DNA of 64,000 nucleotides from Candidatus Gastranaerophilaceae bacterium. GTDB lineage: Bacteria; Cyanobacteriota; Vampirovibrionia; Gastranaerophilales; Gastranaerophilaceae. The notes under the pieces were generated by a model. That model saw nothing but the letters and a program-made list of their open reading frames with translations. It was not told the DNA's origin and made no database searches. Both the position numbers and the translations under genes were made by a program. This document shows positions 48,034 to 56,455 of this stretch, in pieces (position 1 is the stretch's first letter; each line of letters opens with the position of its first letter). The DNA is taken from the NCBI GenBank assembly GCA_031551265.1, contig JAVBNU010000026.1:858-64857 (forward strand), given 5' to 3'.

Positions 48034-49052
48034 GCCAACGGACGTATAAAGATAATATTTGTGAGGAAAACGGTAAATTCTTTGGGAAAGTAACTGTCAA
48101 AGGCAGACAAAGACAGTTCTTGTGCCATGGTGCTAGGACTAAAGATGATGCGCGAGCTATTGTGGACGCTGAAAAATATTTACTTCGTCAGCAGATAGCG
48201 AAGCTAGTTCCTGAAAGTGAAAAGCCCTTGACGTTTTCCTTTATGATAAATAATTATTTAGAATACGTTAAAAAAAATAAGTCCTGTGATGCTAATGATA
48301 AAAACTATTGTAAGAAACTCTCGAAGTTCTTTGAGGGTAAGCTAGTTAAAGATTTAAAACGGAAAGATATTGAGAATTTTAGAGAATCACTCCGTAATGG
48401 TAAACGAAAAAATGCTACTATAAACCGCCATATGGAAGCATTGAGAAAAGCGTTTAATCTCTTAATTGAGGAGGATTTAATCCAATATAATCCATGTAAA
48501 GGCTTAAGACCGCTAGTTGAGAATAACCGCAGAAATGATTATCTTGTTGAAGATAGCGAGGACGATTTTTTAAACGCTCTACCTTATCCACAGCGAGATA
48601 TAGTGGAGTTCGCCATTTTAACGGGGCTAAGACAGGGTAACGTGTTCAACTTGAATAAGTCACAGGTGAGCCTTCAACGTATGCAGATAGAGATACAAAA
48701 GGCTGACAACAAAGGACGTAAAGAAATACGCATACCATTAATGGGTCGTCTTAAAGAAATTGTCCTTAAATACTATGATGAATCGGAGCATTTTCTATTT
48801 GTAAACCCTTTGACTGGCTACCCATACACAGATATTAGAAAAACTTTTAATAAGGCTAAGGAAGCTGTAGGGTTGCCTGACTTGGTGTTTCACGATTTAA
48901 GACGCACCACTGGCACGAAATTATTGAAGAAGGGAACAAATTTAAGGGTTATCCGTGACGTCCTCTCGCACAGCAGTGTAACGACTACGGAGAGATATTT
49001 GTGTGTCGATGATGAGGATATTTATAATGCTTATGCGTTGTTAAGTTCATAG
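48030..49052 (+). CDS. int: tyrosine site-specific integrase
   Basis: 340 aa with TGLRQGNV (Arg I), HDLRRTTGT (HxxR) and HSSVTTTERYL (catalytic Tyr). Confidence 0.85.
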   Translation: MSQRTYKDNICEENGKFFGKVTVKGRQRQFLCHGARTKDDARAIVDAEKYLLRQQIAKLVPESEKPLTFSFMINNYLEYVKKNKSCDANDKNYCKKLSKFFEGKLVKDLKRKDIENFRESLRNGKRKNATINRHMEALRKAFNLLIEEDLIQYNPCKGLRPLVENNRRNDYLVEDSEDDFLNALPYPQRDIVEFAILTGLRQGNVFNLNKSQVSLQRMQIEIQKADNKGRKEIRIPLMGRLKEIVLKYYDESEHFLFVNPLTGYPYTDIRKTFNKAKEAVGLPDLVFHDLRRTTGTKLLKKGTNLRVIRDVLSHSSVTTTERYLCVDDEDIYNAYALLSS

Positions 49053-49080
49053 AATAAAGATTTAATTCAAAACAAAGTCC

Positions 49081-49097
49081 AGTACATATGCAGTACA
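49081..49097 (+). repeat. arm-type repeat, element A right arm
   Basis: AGTACATATGCAGTACA has the same 11-bp-spaced AGTACA pair as 41403-41419. Confidence 0.55.
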
Positions 49098-49106
49098 CGA
49101 CAAAAA

Positions 49107-49142
49107 ATTACCACCTCTGAAACCCAGTGGTGGTAATTTTTT
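49107..49142 (+). terminator. intrinsic terminator after int (bidirectional shape)
   Basis: ATTACCACC-13 nt loop-GGTGGTAAT with a preceding A6 and a following T5. Confidence 0.6.
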
Positions 49143-49148
49143 ACAGAA

Positions 49149-49190
49149 TCGGAACGACAGGATTTGAACCTGCGACCCCTACCACCCCAA
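49149..49190. repeat. att site: 42-nt exact copy of the tRNA-Pro 3' end
   Basis: TCGGAACGACAGGATTTGAACCTGCGACCCCTACCACCCCAA is identical to 61356-61397. Confidence 0.85.
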
Positions 49191-49320
49191 CGTGAAACGC
49201 TGTCATGTCAACGGTTTTCAGATTTCACCACAACTTGTCAGAATTATTCATATGCATGGTTCTTTGATATTTTGATTGTCGCAGCGCTTTTCACAATTTA
49301 TCACGCTTTATCAGAATTTT

Positions 49321-49339
49321 TGCAACAAAAATGCAACAA
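49321..49339 (+). repeat. arm-type repeat, element B left arm
   Basis: TGCAACAAAAATGCAACAA: two TGCAACAA octamers 11 bp apart. Confidence 0.55.
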
Positions 49340-49567
49340 GCGCGAGATTGGTGTCAAAGGAGGAAGATTTAATATTAATGCAAAACTCCACATGAACAGG
49401 GGCGGGGAGGGGATTTTTTCCTAAATAGCCCTCGCTCTACCGGAGTCATAAAAAAATTCTGCTATTTTTGGATTTAAAAACGCTTCTTGTAAGGCTTAGT
49501 AGATTCTTTAAATAAAGAGAGTATTATGTAAATTTTATTAACAAATATATAATAATAAATAAAACCA

Positions 49568-49596
49568 CTTGACAAATATGGGATATTTTTGTAAAA
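49568..49596 (+). promoter_or_regulatory. consensus-like promoter for the two-gene cargo operon
   Basis: TTGACA-17 nt-TAAAAT, 40 nt upstream of the TTG start at 49637. Confidence 0.5.
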
Positions 49597-49636
49597 TACT
49601 TCATGTAACTACATATTAACAAATGGGAGAAATCCG

Positions 49637-50413
49637 TTGAAAGAATTTAATTTAGATTTTGGGCAAAACTTCATTAGTGCTATAGCAAACAGTATATCGG
49701 AAGCTGTAAGTTATGATATAAAACAAAGCAAGCAATTATTGAATACCCATACAACTAATAGTACACCAAATTTAATTTGGGACTTGATTAATACAAATAT
49801 TAAAAATAAATTAGGAAAAGAAAATGTGGAGATTATTACACAAAAAATTGGCTTATGGGAATTTTTAATTGTGTACGACAAATCTTCAAATAATGTTTTA
49901 ACAATAATGAGAGATGCTCGTTTGAAATTGCTTGTTCGGGGCCAAAATAAATACAAAAAGCATTATGCAGCTATTTTAGCATATAGATTCAACAAAGGAT
50001 TGCAACCTAAAGCAAGACAGCGTACCCTATTTGTTGTAAGTAGCAACGAAACTGAAGATAATAAATATAAAGAAATGATGTCCAATGAATTATGCAGCAA
50101 ATTTGAGTCGTTAGGTGACAACAGTAGATATGCAATAATAAGTTTTTCTGCGTCAAATTACCAATTAAATTCATTGGCTGTAAGTCTTTTCACTCCAAAA
50201 TTTGAACCGGTACATAAAGAATCTTTAGATAATTATATAAAGCCAAGTTATGATTCAATTCCTGATACTCTAGAATTGAAAACGACACCTGATATTGAAA
50301 TTAAGTTGACGCAAGAGGCACTTAAGAAAAAAGACGAAAGCAACAAAGAAGAAATGCCGCTACTTAAAGAAGATGAATCTTCCGATAAAAATAATCAATC
50401 CGCTGGAGAATAA
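49637..50413 (+). CDS. hypothetical protein (258 aa), candidate toxin/effector partner of the HTH-ImmA protein
   Basis: TTG start after GGGAGA. I recognise no motif. The C-terminal tail is acidic/Lys-rich. It ends 8 nt before the next gene. Confidence 0.55.
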   Translation: MKEFNLDFGQNFISAIANSISEAVSYDIKQSKQLLNTHTTNSTPNLIWDLINTNIKNKLGKENVEIITQKIGLWEFLIVYDKSSNNVLTIMRDARLKLLVRGQNKYKKHYAAILAYRFNKGLQPKARQRTLFVVSSNETEDNKYKEMMSNELCSKFESLGDNSRYAIISFSASNYQLNSLAVSLFTPKFEPVHKESLDNYIKPSYDSIPDTLELKTTPDIEIKLTQEALKKKDESNKEEMPLLKEDESSDKNNQSAGE

Positions 50414-50421
50414 ATATAAAT

Positions 50422-51585
50422 ATGAGTAAAAATAGATTTAACGGTGAAAGGCTAAAGCAAGCTAGGATATACCGTGGACTGTCGATAAATGACTTGGCTG
50501 AAATTCTTGATGTTTCAAAACAAGCTATTTCTCAGTACGAAAAGAGTGAAATTTCGCCAGAATTTAATAAATTATCATTAATTGTCAATAATTTAAACTT
50601 CCCCCCTGAATACTTTTTTCAATGCGATTCGTTTGATGTGGAAACGACAACAACTTATTTTAGAGCATTAATTTCCACAAACAAGATTAATCGTTTACAG
50701 CAAATTACCAAATTGAAACATCTTGCTATCATTCATGAAGTTTTAACCAAATACATTGAGTATCCTCTTTTTGATATCTCGCATAAAATAAATATTGATA
50801 ATAAATCAATAGAAGATTTTACTAGTGATTTAAGAGAACAGTGGGGATTGGGAATAGACCCTATTGATGACATGGCATACTTGTTGGAAAAAAATGGAAT
50901 CATTGTTACATCATACACAACTGAAACAAATAACATTGATGCTTATAGTCAAAAGATAACTATAAATGGAAAAGACCGGTTTATTGTTGTCTTATCAAAT
51001 GACAAATTATCTGCAACAAGGACGCAGTTTGATGCAGCCCATGAATTAGGACACATTTTTTTGCATAACTGGGGCATTGACCTTGAAGAGTTGTCTAAAG
51101 AAGAATTTAAAGAAATAGAAAATCAGGCTAATGAATTTGCTGCTTCTTTTTTATTGCCGAAAGAAAGTTTTATTCGAGACGTAAGCCTATATCCTAAAGA
51201 CTTAAATTATTACATAGAACTAAAGCGCAAATGGAAAGTATCTATAAGTGCTATGATTATTAGAGCTCATAGATTGGATGTGCTTTCTTTTAATCAATAT
51301 CAGTATTTGATGCGTCAAATGGCCTTTAAAGGGTGGCGCAACAAGGAACCACTTGATGGAGTTATTATGAAACCTCAACCTACTCTTTTAAGTAAATCTA
51401 TTGATATGCTTTTAGCCAATAATATTTTTACAGTAAAAAGTTTCTTAGATGAATTAGCCCAAAATACCTTGCCATTGAAACCAGAAGATGTTGAATTATT
51501 ATTAAACTTGAAAAAAGGTACATTAAAAATAGAGCCCATATCCAAAGAAACAAACATCTTGAAGCTGAAAAATGAACCTACATAA
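50422..51585 (+). CDS. fused XRE HTH + ImmA/IrrE (COG2856) zinc metallopeptidase
   Basis: 387 aa. The N-terminal HTH is LSINDLAEILDVSKQAISQYEKSE, and the peptidase HEXXH is AAHELGHIFLH. Confidence 0.8.
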   Translation: MSKNRFNGERLKQARIYRGLSINDLAEILDVSKQAISQYEKSEISPEFNKLSLIVNNLNFPPEYFFQCDSFDVETTTTYFRALISTNKINRLQQITKLKHLAIIHEVLTKYIEYPLFDISHKINIDNKSIEDFTSDLREQWGLGIDPIDDMAYLLEKNGIIVTSYTTETNNIDAYSQKITINGKDRFIVVLSNDKLSATRTQFDAAHELGHIFLHNWGIDLEELSKEEFKEIENQANEFAASFLLPKESFIRDVSLYPKDLNYYIELKRKWKVSISAMIIRAHRLDVLSFNQYQYLMRQMAFKGWRNKEPLDGVIMKPQPTLLSKSIDMLLANNIFTVKSFLDELAQNTLPLKPEDVELLLNLKKGTLKIEPISKETNILKLKNEPT

Positions 51586-51627
51586 TTACAATAATTTTCC
51601 AAATTTACAGGGACATTTACAAGGACA

Positions 51628-52722
51628 TTATTTTATAAACCTATCATTAATTTTATACTTACGACCACGTTTAGATGTATTGGCCGGGATTAAAAAGTTT
51701 TCTTTTGTCCATTTTGCAGCAAGCTCGCGAGCGGTGCGTTGGTTGCAGCCAAAGAATGCAGCTATGTCGTTTGTGGTTACAATTTCTTGTTGTTTGAATA
51801 ATATCAAGGCTTGCCGTTGTTTTGGGTCAAGGGTTTTTAGGATTGGTGAAATATCTTCTGTTTTCTGTAATGCGGCATGTTTTTGAACATTCTCAAATGC
51901 TGCCGCCATGCCAGCAATGAAATATTCAACCCATTTTGTGATGTCTGCTTCTGCTCGGCCCATGTAGTAATTATGTGAATTACCAACACTTATGGCAGCG
52001 TAGTAGCTGTGTAAATCTTTTGCATAATACTCTTCAAGTGAATAAATACCTTTAAGGTCATAGCCCCCTTTATACAAGACAAGAGTGGTTAAGAGCCTTG
52101 CAGTCCTGCCGTTACCATCATAGTATGGGTGGATTGTAGCAAATTGATAATGTGCAATGGCGGCTCTGATAGGGGCGGGAATTTCATTTGCAGTTTGATT
52201 CAGCCAACTTATGAAACTCCTCATTAAATCCTGGACGTCTTTTGCCTCAGGCGGCATATAAACAATCCCACCGGAAGCACTATCACGAATGACATTTTGC
52301 CCTTCTCTGTATGGTGTAGGTTTTACCTTTGGACTTCCACCGGCTTCAACAAGAGCATGAATTGTTTGCACTTGTTTTTCAGTTATTAAAGACTGCAATA
52401 ATGCCTGTTGTTCCATATATTCAATGGCTTTATAGTAGCCTAAAACTTCTTTCTCATCTCTCACGCGCTGCGGAATCTTGGCATGGTGCTGGATTACTTC
52501 AATGACTTCCTCTTGAGATAATCTGTTGCCCTCAATCTGTGTCGAATAGTGAACGCTTGTGAGTCTTGCGCTCTCACGCAGGGACGCCATAACAGCAGGA
52601 GTAATTGGCAAATCTTTAATATTTTCCTTGATTCGCTCAATCTTCAATAGATTGCTGGCAATTGTATTTGTGATTGTGTAATTTGGCTTAAATTCCGTCA
52701 TTAACTTCCACCTTTGCGTCAT
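51628..52722 (-). CDS. Fic-family AMPylase, class II (N-terminal inhibitory helix), with a C-terminal wHTH-like tail
   Basis: 364 aa. The Fic motif is HPYYDGNGRTAR, and the inhibitory (S/T)xxxE(G/N) motif is STQIEGN. An alternative start is M8 at 52701. Confidence 0.85.
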   Translation of the reverse strand: MTQRWKLMTEFKPNYTITNTIASNLLKIERIKENIKDLPITPAVMASLRESARLTSVHYSTQIEGNRLSQEEVIEVIQHHAKIPQRVRDEKEVLGYYKAIEYMEQQALLQSLITEKQVQTIHALVEAGGSPKVKPTPYREGQNVIRDSASGGIVYMPPEAKDVQDLMRSFISWLNQTANEIPAPIRAAIAHYQFATIHPYYDGNGRTARLLTTLVLYKGGYDLKGIYSLEEYYAKDLHSYYAAISVGNSHNYYMGRAEADITKWVEYFIAGMAAAFENVQKHAALQKTEDISPILKTLDPKQRQALILFKQQEIVTTNDIAAFFGCNQRTARELAAKWTKENFLIPANTSKRGRKYKINDRFIK

Positions 52723-52769
52723 TAATTAGTCATTAACATGTTATTATTATGTCATTAATTTGTCATTAA
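52697..52769. promoter_or_regulatory. array of five GTCATTAA boxes across the fic start and promoter
   Basis: Boxes lie at 52697, 52718, 52729, 52751 and 52762, with spacings of 21, 11, 22 and 11 bp. The palindrome GCAAATATTTGC follows at 52781-52792. Confidence 0.6.
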
Positions 52770-52891
52770 GTAAACCCTTTGCAAATATTTGCGTAGTGTT
52801 TCTTAGCATGGCGTCCCGTTTTTAGTGGTTTCCCGGTATGATTCAATAAACAGCTAGATACGAACGTATAAACGCAAGGGAGCAATATTTT

Positions 52892-53122
52892 ATGTGCGAT
52901 AAAAAACTTATAGAACAGCTTGAAAACAAGATATCTGTAGCGAAATTGTTATTATTCGACGCGCAGGCGTTGGTTAGATTTGGGGCACTAGCAAGTGATT
53001 CATGCATTGAAGATATTGAGTTACAGCTTAACAAAGGCCATGACGACTACTACATACTTTTAAAAGCAATTAATAAAAAAGTGGCAAAGGCAATAAAAAT
53101 TTTTGATAAAATTGATTCTTAA
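52892..53122 (+). CDS. hypothetical helical protein (76 aa)
   Basis: ORF from the track, convergent with and overlapping the XRE gene end by 4 nt. Confidence 0.4.
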   Translation: MCDKKLIEQLENKISVAKLLLFDAQALVRFGALASDSCIEDIELQLNKGHDDYYILLKAINKKVAKAIKIFDKIDS

Positions 53123-53334
53123 AATTGTTCAAATAATTCATTAGGTTTAATGTGCAGTGCTCTTGCAATTTTGAATACATTTTCAACAGTTGTGTTGCGC
53201 TCACCACGCTCAACCATACCAACAAAATTGGGTGACATATCAAGAATTTCAGCCAGTTCAAGCTGGGTCAAGCTACGCTCAATTCTCAATGCTTTCAATC
53301 TTTTCCCGAATTTTTGCAAATCTTTTTTACTCAT
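53119..53334 (-). CDS. XRE/Cro-CI-type HTH regulator
   Basis: 71 aa. LTQLELAEILDMSPNFVGMVERGERN is a canonical HTH_3 motif. Confidence 0.8.
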   Translation of the reverse strand: MSKKDLQKFGKRLKALRIERSLTQLELAEILDMSPNFVGMVERGERNTTVENVFKIARALHIKPNELFEQF

Positions 53335-53454
53335 ATCTACATTTTCGTGGTAATATTGAAATACATAAACAAACCGACCGTGCGTTTTAATTCATAAGCC
53401 CTTATTATTATCAATTTTTTTGAATAAAACTGCATGTGTTAGAAGGAGATTAAT

Positions 53455-53799
53455 ATGTTCAAACAATTATTTTCTTGTATAGTTGGTGGAATAAGTACGA
53501 TGGCAAACAAAAAAGGAACTTTTATTAATTATGCCAAACAATTCCTAAAAAATGCGCCAAAGACTTATGCAAAACTGGAACCATACTTACCGCAACTCGT
53601 TGACAAATTATTTGAGTATTCCAATAGTAAAGGATATAAATTAGATGATGAAGTTGGCCTAATGGAAGGTGCTTTATATATGTTTGTCAAACGTATAGCA
53701 GAAGATGAAATAAATAATTTACCTGTCTATGCTTCAACGTCTATTACTGAAGGCTTCATAGTATACAGAAGCCTTTTAGATGAATACCCTATTGAGTAA
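53455..53799 (+). CDS. hypothetical protein (114 aa)
   Basis: ORF with a GGAGA RBS, divergent from the XRE regulator. An alternative start is MANKKG. Confidence 0.45.
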   Translation: MFKQLFSCIVGGISTMANKKGTFINYAKQFLKNAPKTYAKLEPYLPQLVDKLFEYSNSKGYKLDDEVGLMEGALYMFVKRIAEDEINNLPVYASTSITEGFIVYRSLLDEYPIE

Positions 53800-53820
53800 T
53801 AAATTTAAAAGGAAACTATT

Positions 53821-54189
53821 ATGAAAAAATTTATTCTAATACTTTTATTGATGTTATCTGCGCCTATTATGACGGTACATGCTGAAGAAAAAGCCGGTAC
53901 AGTACATGTGATTGAAGAAGCATTAGAAATTAATCCTAATATAGAAATGCTTGTAGACCATAGTTTTCAAGGCGGTGTGAAAGTTAAAAGTATCAAGATT
54001 AAACAAGTAGAAATCATGCGTGATACAACGGTTGTGGTACATGGTGACATAACAGAAGGTGAGCCTAAAGGCATTGGTATAATAATTGAAATAACTGATA
54101 TGAAAGGAAATACGTCTGAATTGTTTGGCTACCAACCCTTGCAAATGGGAGATTATACATTTCGTATCAAAGACCCGAGGGCGCAGTAA
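53821..54189 (+). CDS. small secreted protein (122 aa)
   Basis: The signal peptide MKKFILILLLMLSAPIMTVHA is followed by a beta-rich sequence. Confidence 0.55.
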   Translation: MKKFILILLLMLSAPIMTVHAEEKAGTVHVIEEALEINPNIEMLVDHSFQGGVKVKSIKIKQVEIMRDTTVVVHGDITEGEPKGIGIIIEITDMKGNTSELFGYQPLQMGDYTFRIKDPRAQ

Positions 54190-54437
54190 ACTCCCATAAA
54201 CAGCTAGTTATACCTATATAAACCTAAGCTAAACATAATAATAACAAGCCTTAACAAGTCTCTTAAACTCAAATAGCCCTTCAATAATACCACACACTAA
54301 ATCGGCGCCCTTGTATTTTTGTTAATATTAATACCACTTAAGCAAAGATAGGATTTATTTCAATAGTTATACTATAAAATTATTTCACTTGAATTGATAG
54401 GAACATGCAGGCAGAAAAATACGAAAGGTTATAAATT

Positions 54438-54905
54438 ATGAATAAGAATAAAAACTCTACCGAAGGTGTATTTTGGGAAATTGTATTTGCTACCACTGTC
54501 ATTGTCATCGGAGCTTGTTTGGTGATTTATTATTTGGGCTACATACATGGCAAGAATAAATTCTTTAATTCAAGATATGAAGATGGATTCTATAATTGTG
54601 ATAAACTGTGGAAAGACCAAATAAAGAAAAAAGAAGAAGAGCAAAAGAAACAAATAACTAAAGACACTAAATTAATCTTGTATTATACAAGCAAAAGTTT
54701 TCCTGAAGTCAACACTACTAAATATACACTATATAATGATAATCTAAAACTGTCTGCTTCATACAATGTTAATGAAGGAAATGGTAAAAGTGATTATTCA
54801 AATAATATTTATTACAATGAAAATGATTTAATACTCAATATGCTAAAGAATGATATAGCAAAACAATTAACAGAAAAGTTTGTTATTGAAAGAGTTAATG
54901 AGTAA
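54438..54905 (+). CDS. N-terminally membrane-anchored protein (155 aa)
   Basis: One TM helix (VFWEIVFATTVIVIGACLVIYYLGY) followed by a Lys/Glu-rich linker. Confidence 0.5.
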   Translation: MNKNKNSTEGVFWEIVFATTVIVIGACLVIYYLGYIHGKNKFFNSRYEDGFYNCDKLWKDQIKKKEEEQKKQITKDTKLILYYTSKSFPEVNTTKYTLYNDNLKLSASYNVNEGNGKSDYSNNIYYNENDLILNMLKNDIAKQLTEKFVIERVNE

Positions 54906-55016
54906 TTACAAAATTACAAAAATTACGTTAATTTTTTAAGTTTAAAAAATTCGTTTTTATTATTTTTTTATTTTAATTTTTAAAAGTTTTGTGTAATTTT
55001 CGTAATTTTGTAATTT
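54903..55016. repeat. iteron-like inverted arrays of AATTAC (candidate element ori/operator)
   Basis: AATTAC occurs at 54903, 54911 and 54920, and GTAATT at 54993, 55002 and 55010. A pure A/T spacer separates them. Related GTAATTTTTGTA recurs near 56265. Confidence 0.5.
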
Positions 55017-55067
55017 TTATTCGTTTTTAAATTTAATATGGTATAATTGGCTTGGAAGGTAGTTTTA

Positions 55068-56168
55068 ATGAAAAAATTTAAGTTATTGCCAATAGATATA
55101 GGTTTTGATGATAGTTGTGTAACTCTGCCATACAGACAAGAAGCACAAGAGCTTTTCTTGTTGCTTGATAAGTATGGCAAAGATTTTAAAGATATTGATA
55201 ATGAAGAAATCAACGAACCTAATAATAATTTGATTAATAATTTGGTTAACTCCCTTGATAGCCTGAATGAACTTGAATTCATTATTGCCTTAAAAAAAGT
55301 ACAAAAATTAAATAAATTTTATCCCATAACAATTAGCTTTAATAGAGATTTAGGAAAGCATTACAAGAATTTTGCCAAAGTAACCGCAGCCCTCAAAAGT
55401 TCTTCCTCCTTTGCGGATATAGTAAAAATGCTTGAAAGTAATTTTGATGATACGACAGATGAATTCATATCGTACATCAATGGTTTTAATTATTTATTGA
55501 GCCTCTTTAAGTATGATACTAAAGAATTTCGGGAGTATTTAAAGCATTACAGGCGAAGTAAGTATATTTTGAACTACAGCAGCACTTTTGACTATTTAAA
55601 CTGGCATCTTGAACAAGATTTATTTGGTGAATTAAGAGATATTGGAAAGGCTAAAAGAGCTGTTAATGTTGAAATATTTAACTTTATGACTGCTAAAAAA
55701 ATTGGCACCATACAAATAATAATCAATTTACAAACTGCAAAAAATGAATACACAGAGGATACCTACCAGATTGGTTTTAAGTCTGCAAACATTGAATATA
55801 GATACATTAAAGCCGAATGGATAGAAAAATATGGCAAAGCATTAGTTGATGATTTTACTGAAAAATCTAAGACATATGCTAAAAAAGAATTAAGCCGTAA
55901 TGTTACTGAAATATTGGAAGCACGATTGAGTACATTTGAGGATTTGATTCAGTTTCAGAAAGATTTGATTGCGTTACATAATGATTGTTATAAAAAAGAA
56001 ATTTATAAAAACAAGTGCCAACACAAGATAAATAGCCATTCAAAACCTTGTGGCAAAGAATTTTTAACCTATGATAAACGTACCCCCTTCTGTTGTGAGT
56101 GTGTAGAAAAATCGAATTTAAATGCCCAAAGAACAAGAATGCACAGAGAGCGAAAAGCAAGAAAATAA
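55068..56168 (+). CDS. hypothetical protein with a C-terminal Cys4 zinc-ribbon and basic tail
   Basis: Track ORF trimmed to the ATG at 55068 (GGAAGG RBS, with an extended -10 TGGTATAAT at 55039-47). The C-terminus is CQHK..PCGKEF...FCCECVEK...RMHRERKARK. Confidence 0.55.
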   Translation: MKKFKLLPIDIGFDDSCVTLPYRQEAQELFLLLDKYGKDFKDIDNEEINEPNNNLINNLVNSLDSLNELEFIIALKKVQKLNKFYPITISFNRDLGKHYKNFAKVTAALKSSSSFADIVKMLESNFDDTTDEFISYINGFNYLLSLFKYDTKEFREYLKHYRRSKYILNYSSTFDYLNWHLEQDLFGELRDIGKAKRAVNVEIFNFMTAKKIGTIQIIINLQTAKNEYTEDTYQIGFKSANIEYRYIKAEWIEKYGKALVDDFTEKSKTYAKKELSRNVTEILEARLSTFEDLIQFQKDLIALHNDCYKKEIYKNKCQHKINSHSKPCGKEFLTYDKRTPFCCECVEKSNLNAQRTRMHRERKARK

Positions 56169-56210
56169 GGCTCTTTGTAGTTTTTGCTTTCCTATTATTA
56201 AGTTTTGTTA

Positions 56211-56250
56211 AGCGATATCGAAAAACTTTTTTTATATCGCTATTTTGTTT
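56211..56250 (+). terminator. hairpin plus T-rich tail after the 55068 gene
   Basis: AGCGATAT-15 nt-ATATCGCT followed by ATTTTGTTT. Confidence 0.45.
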
Positions 56251-56455
56251 CGTTTTTTATTTTTGTAATTTTTGTATATTTTTTAACTCTTAAATTTTTA
56301 ATTTAAAAAATATATTTAATTACATATGGCTTCATATGTGACCAAAACCCTTGTTATAATTGGTTTTTAAAAATTGCGATGAGTGGCTAGATGCGTTAAA
56401 GTAAGAATGTAAGCGCTTACAAGTTTACTACTTTAAAACCGAAAGGAGGCCAATC

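Larger units (their letters stand above)
41276..49190. mobile_element. integrative element A (~7.9 kb)
   Basis: It is bounded by tRNA-Pro 3'-end copies. Xis and a tyrosine integrase sit at the right end next to the 42-nt att copy, and AGTACA-N5-AGTACA repeats occur in both arms. Confidence 0.7.

Noticed and set aside
49164-49424. 86-aa ORF at the junction of the two elements.
   Set aside because: It starts inside the 42-nt att/tRNA copy and runs over the arm-type TGCAACAA repeats. It has no RBS and is treated as non-coding att arm DNA.
54903-55016. Possible CRISPR array, given the short repeats.
   Set aside because: The repeat units are only 6-8 bp with 2-3 bp spacing and are arranged as inverted arrays. 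No 25-40 bp repeat/spacer periodicity occurs anywhere in the window, and no cas genes are present.
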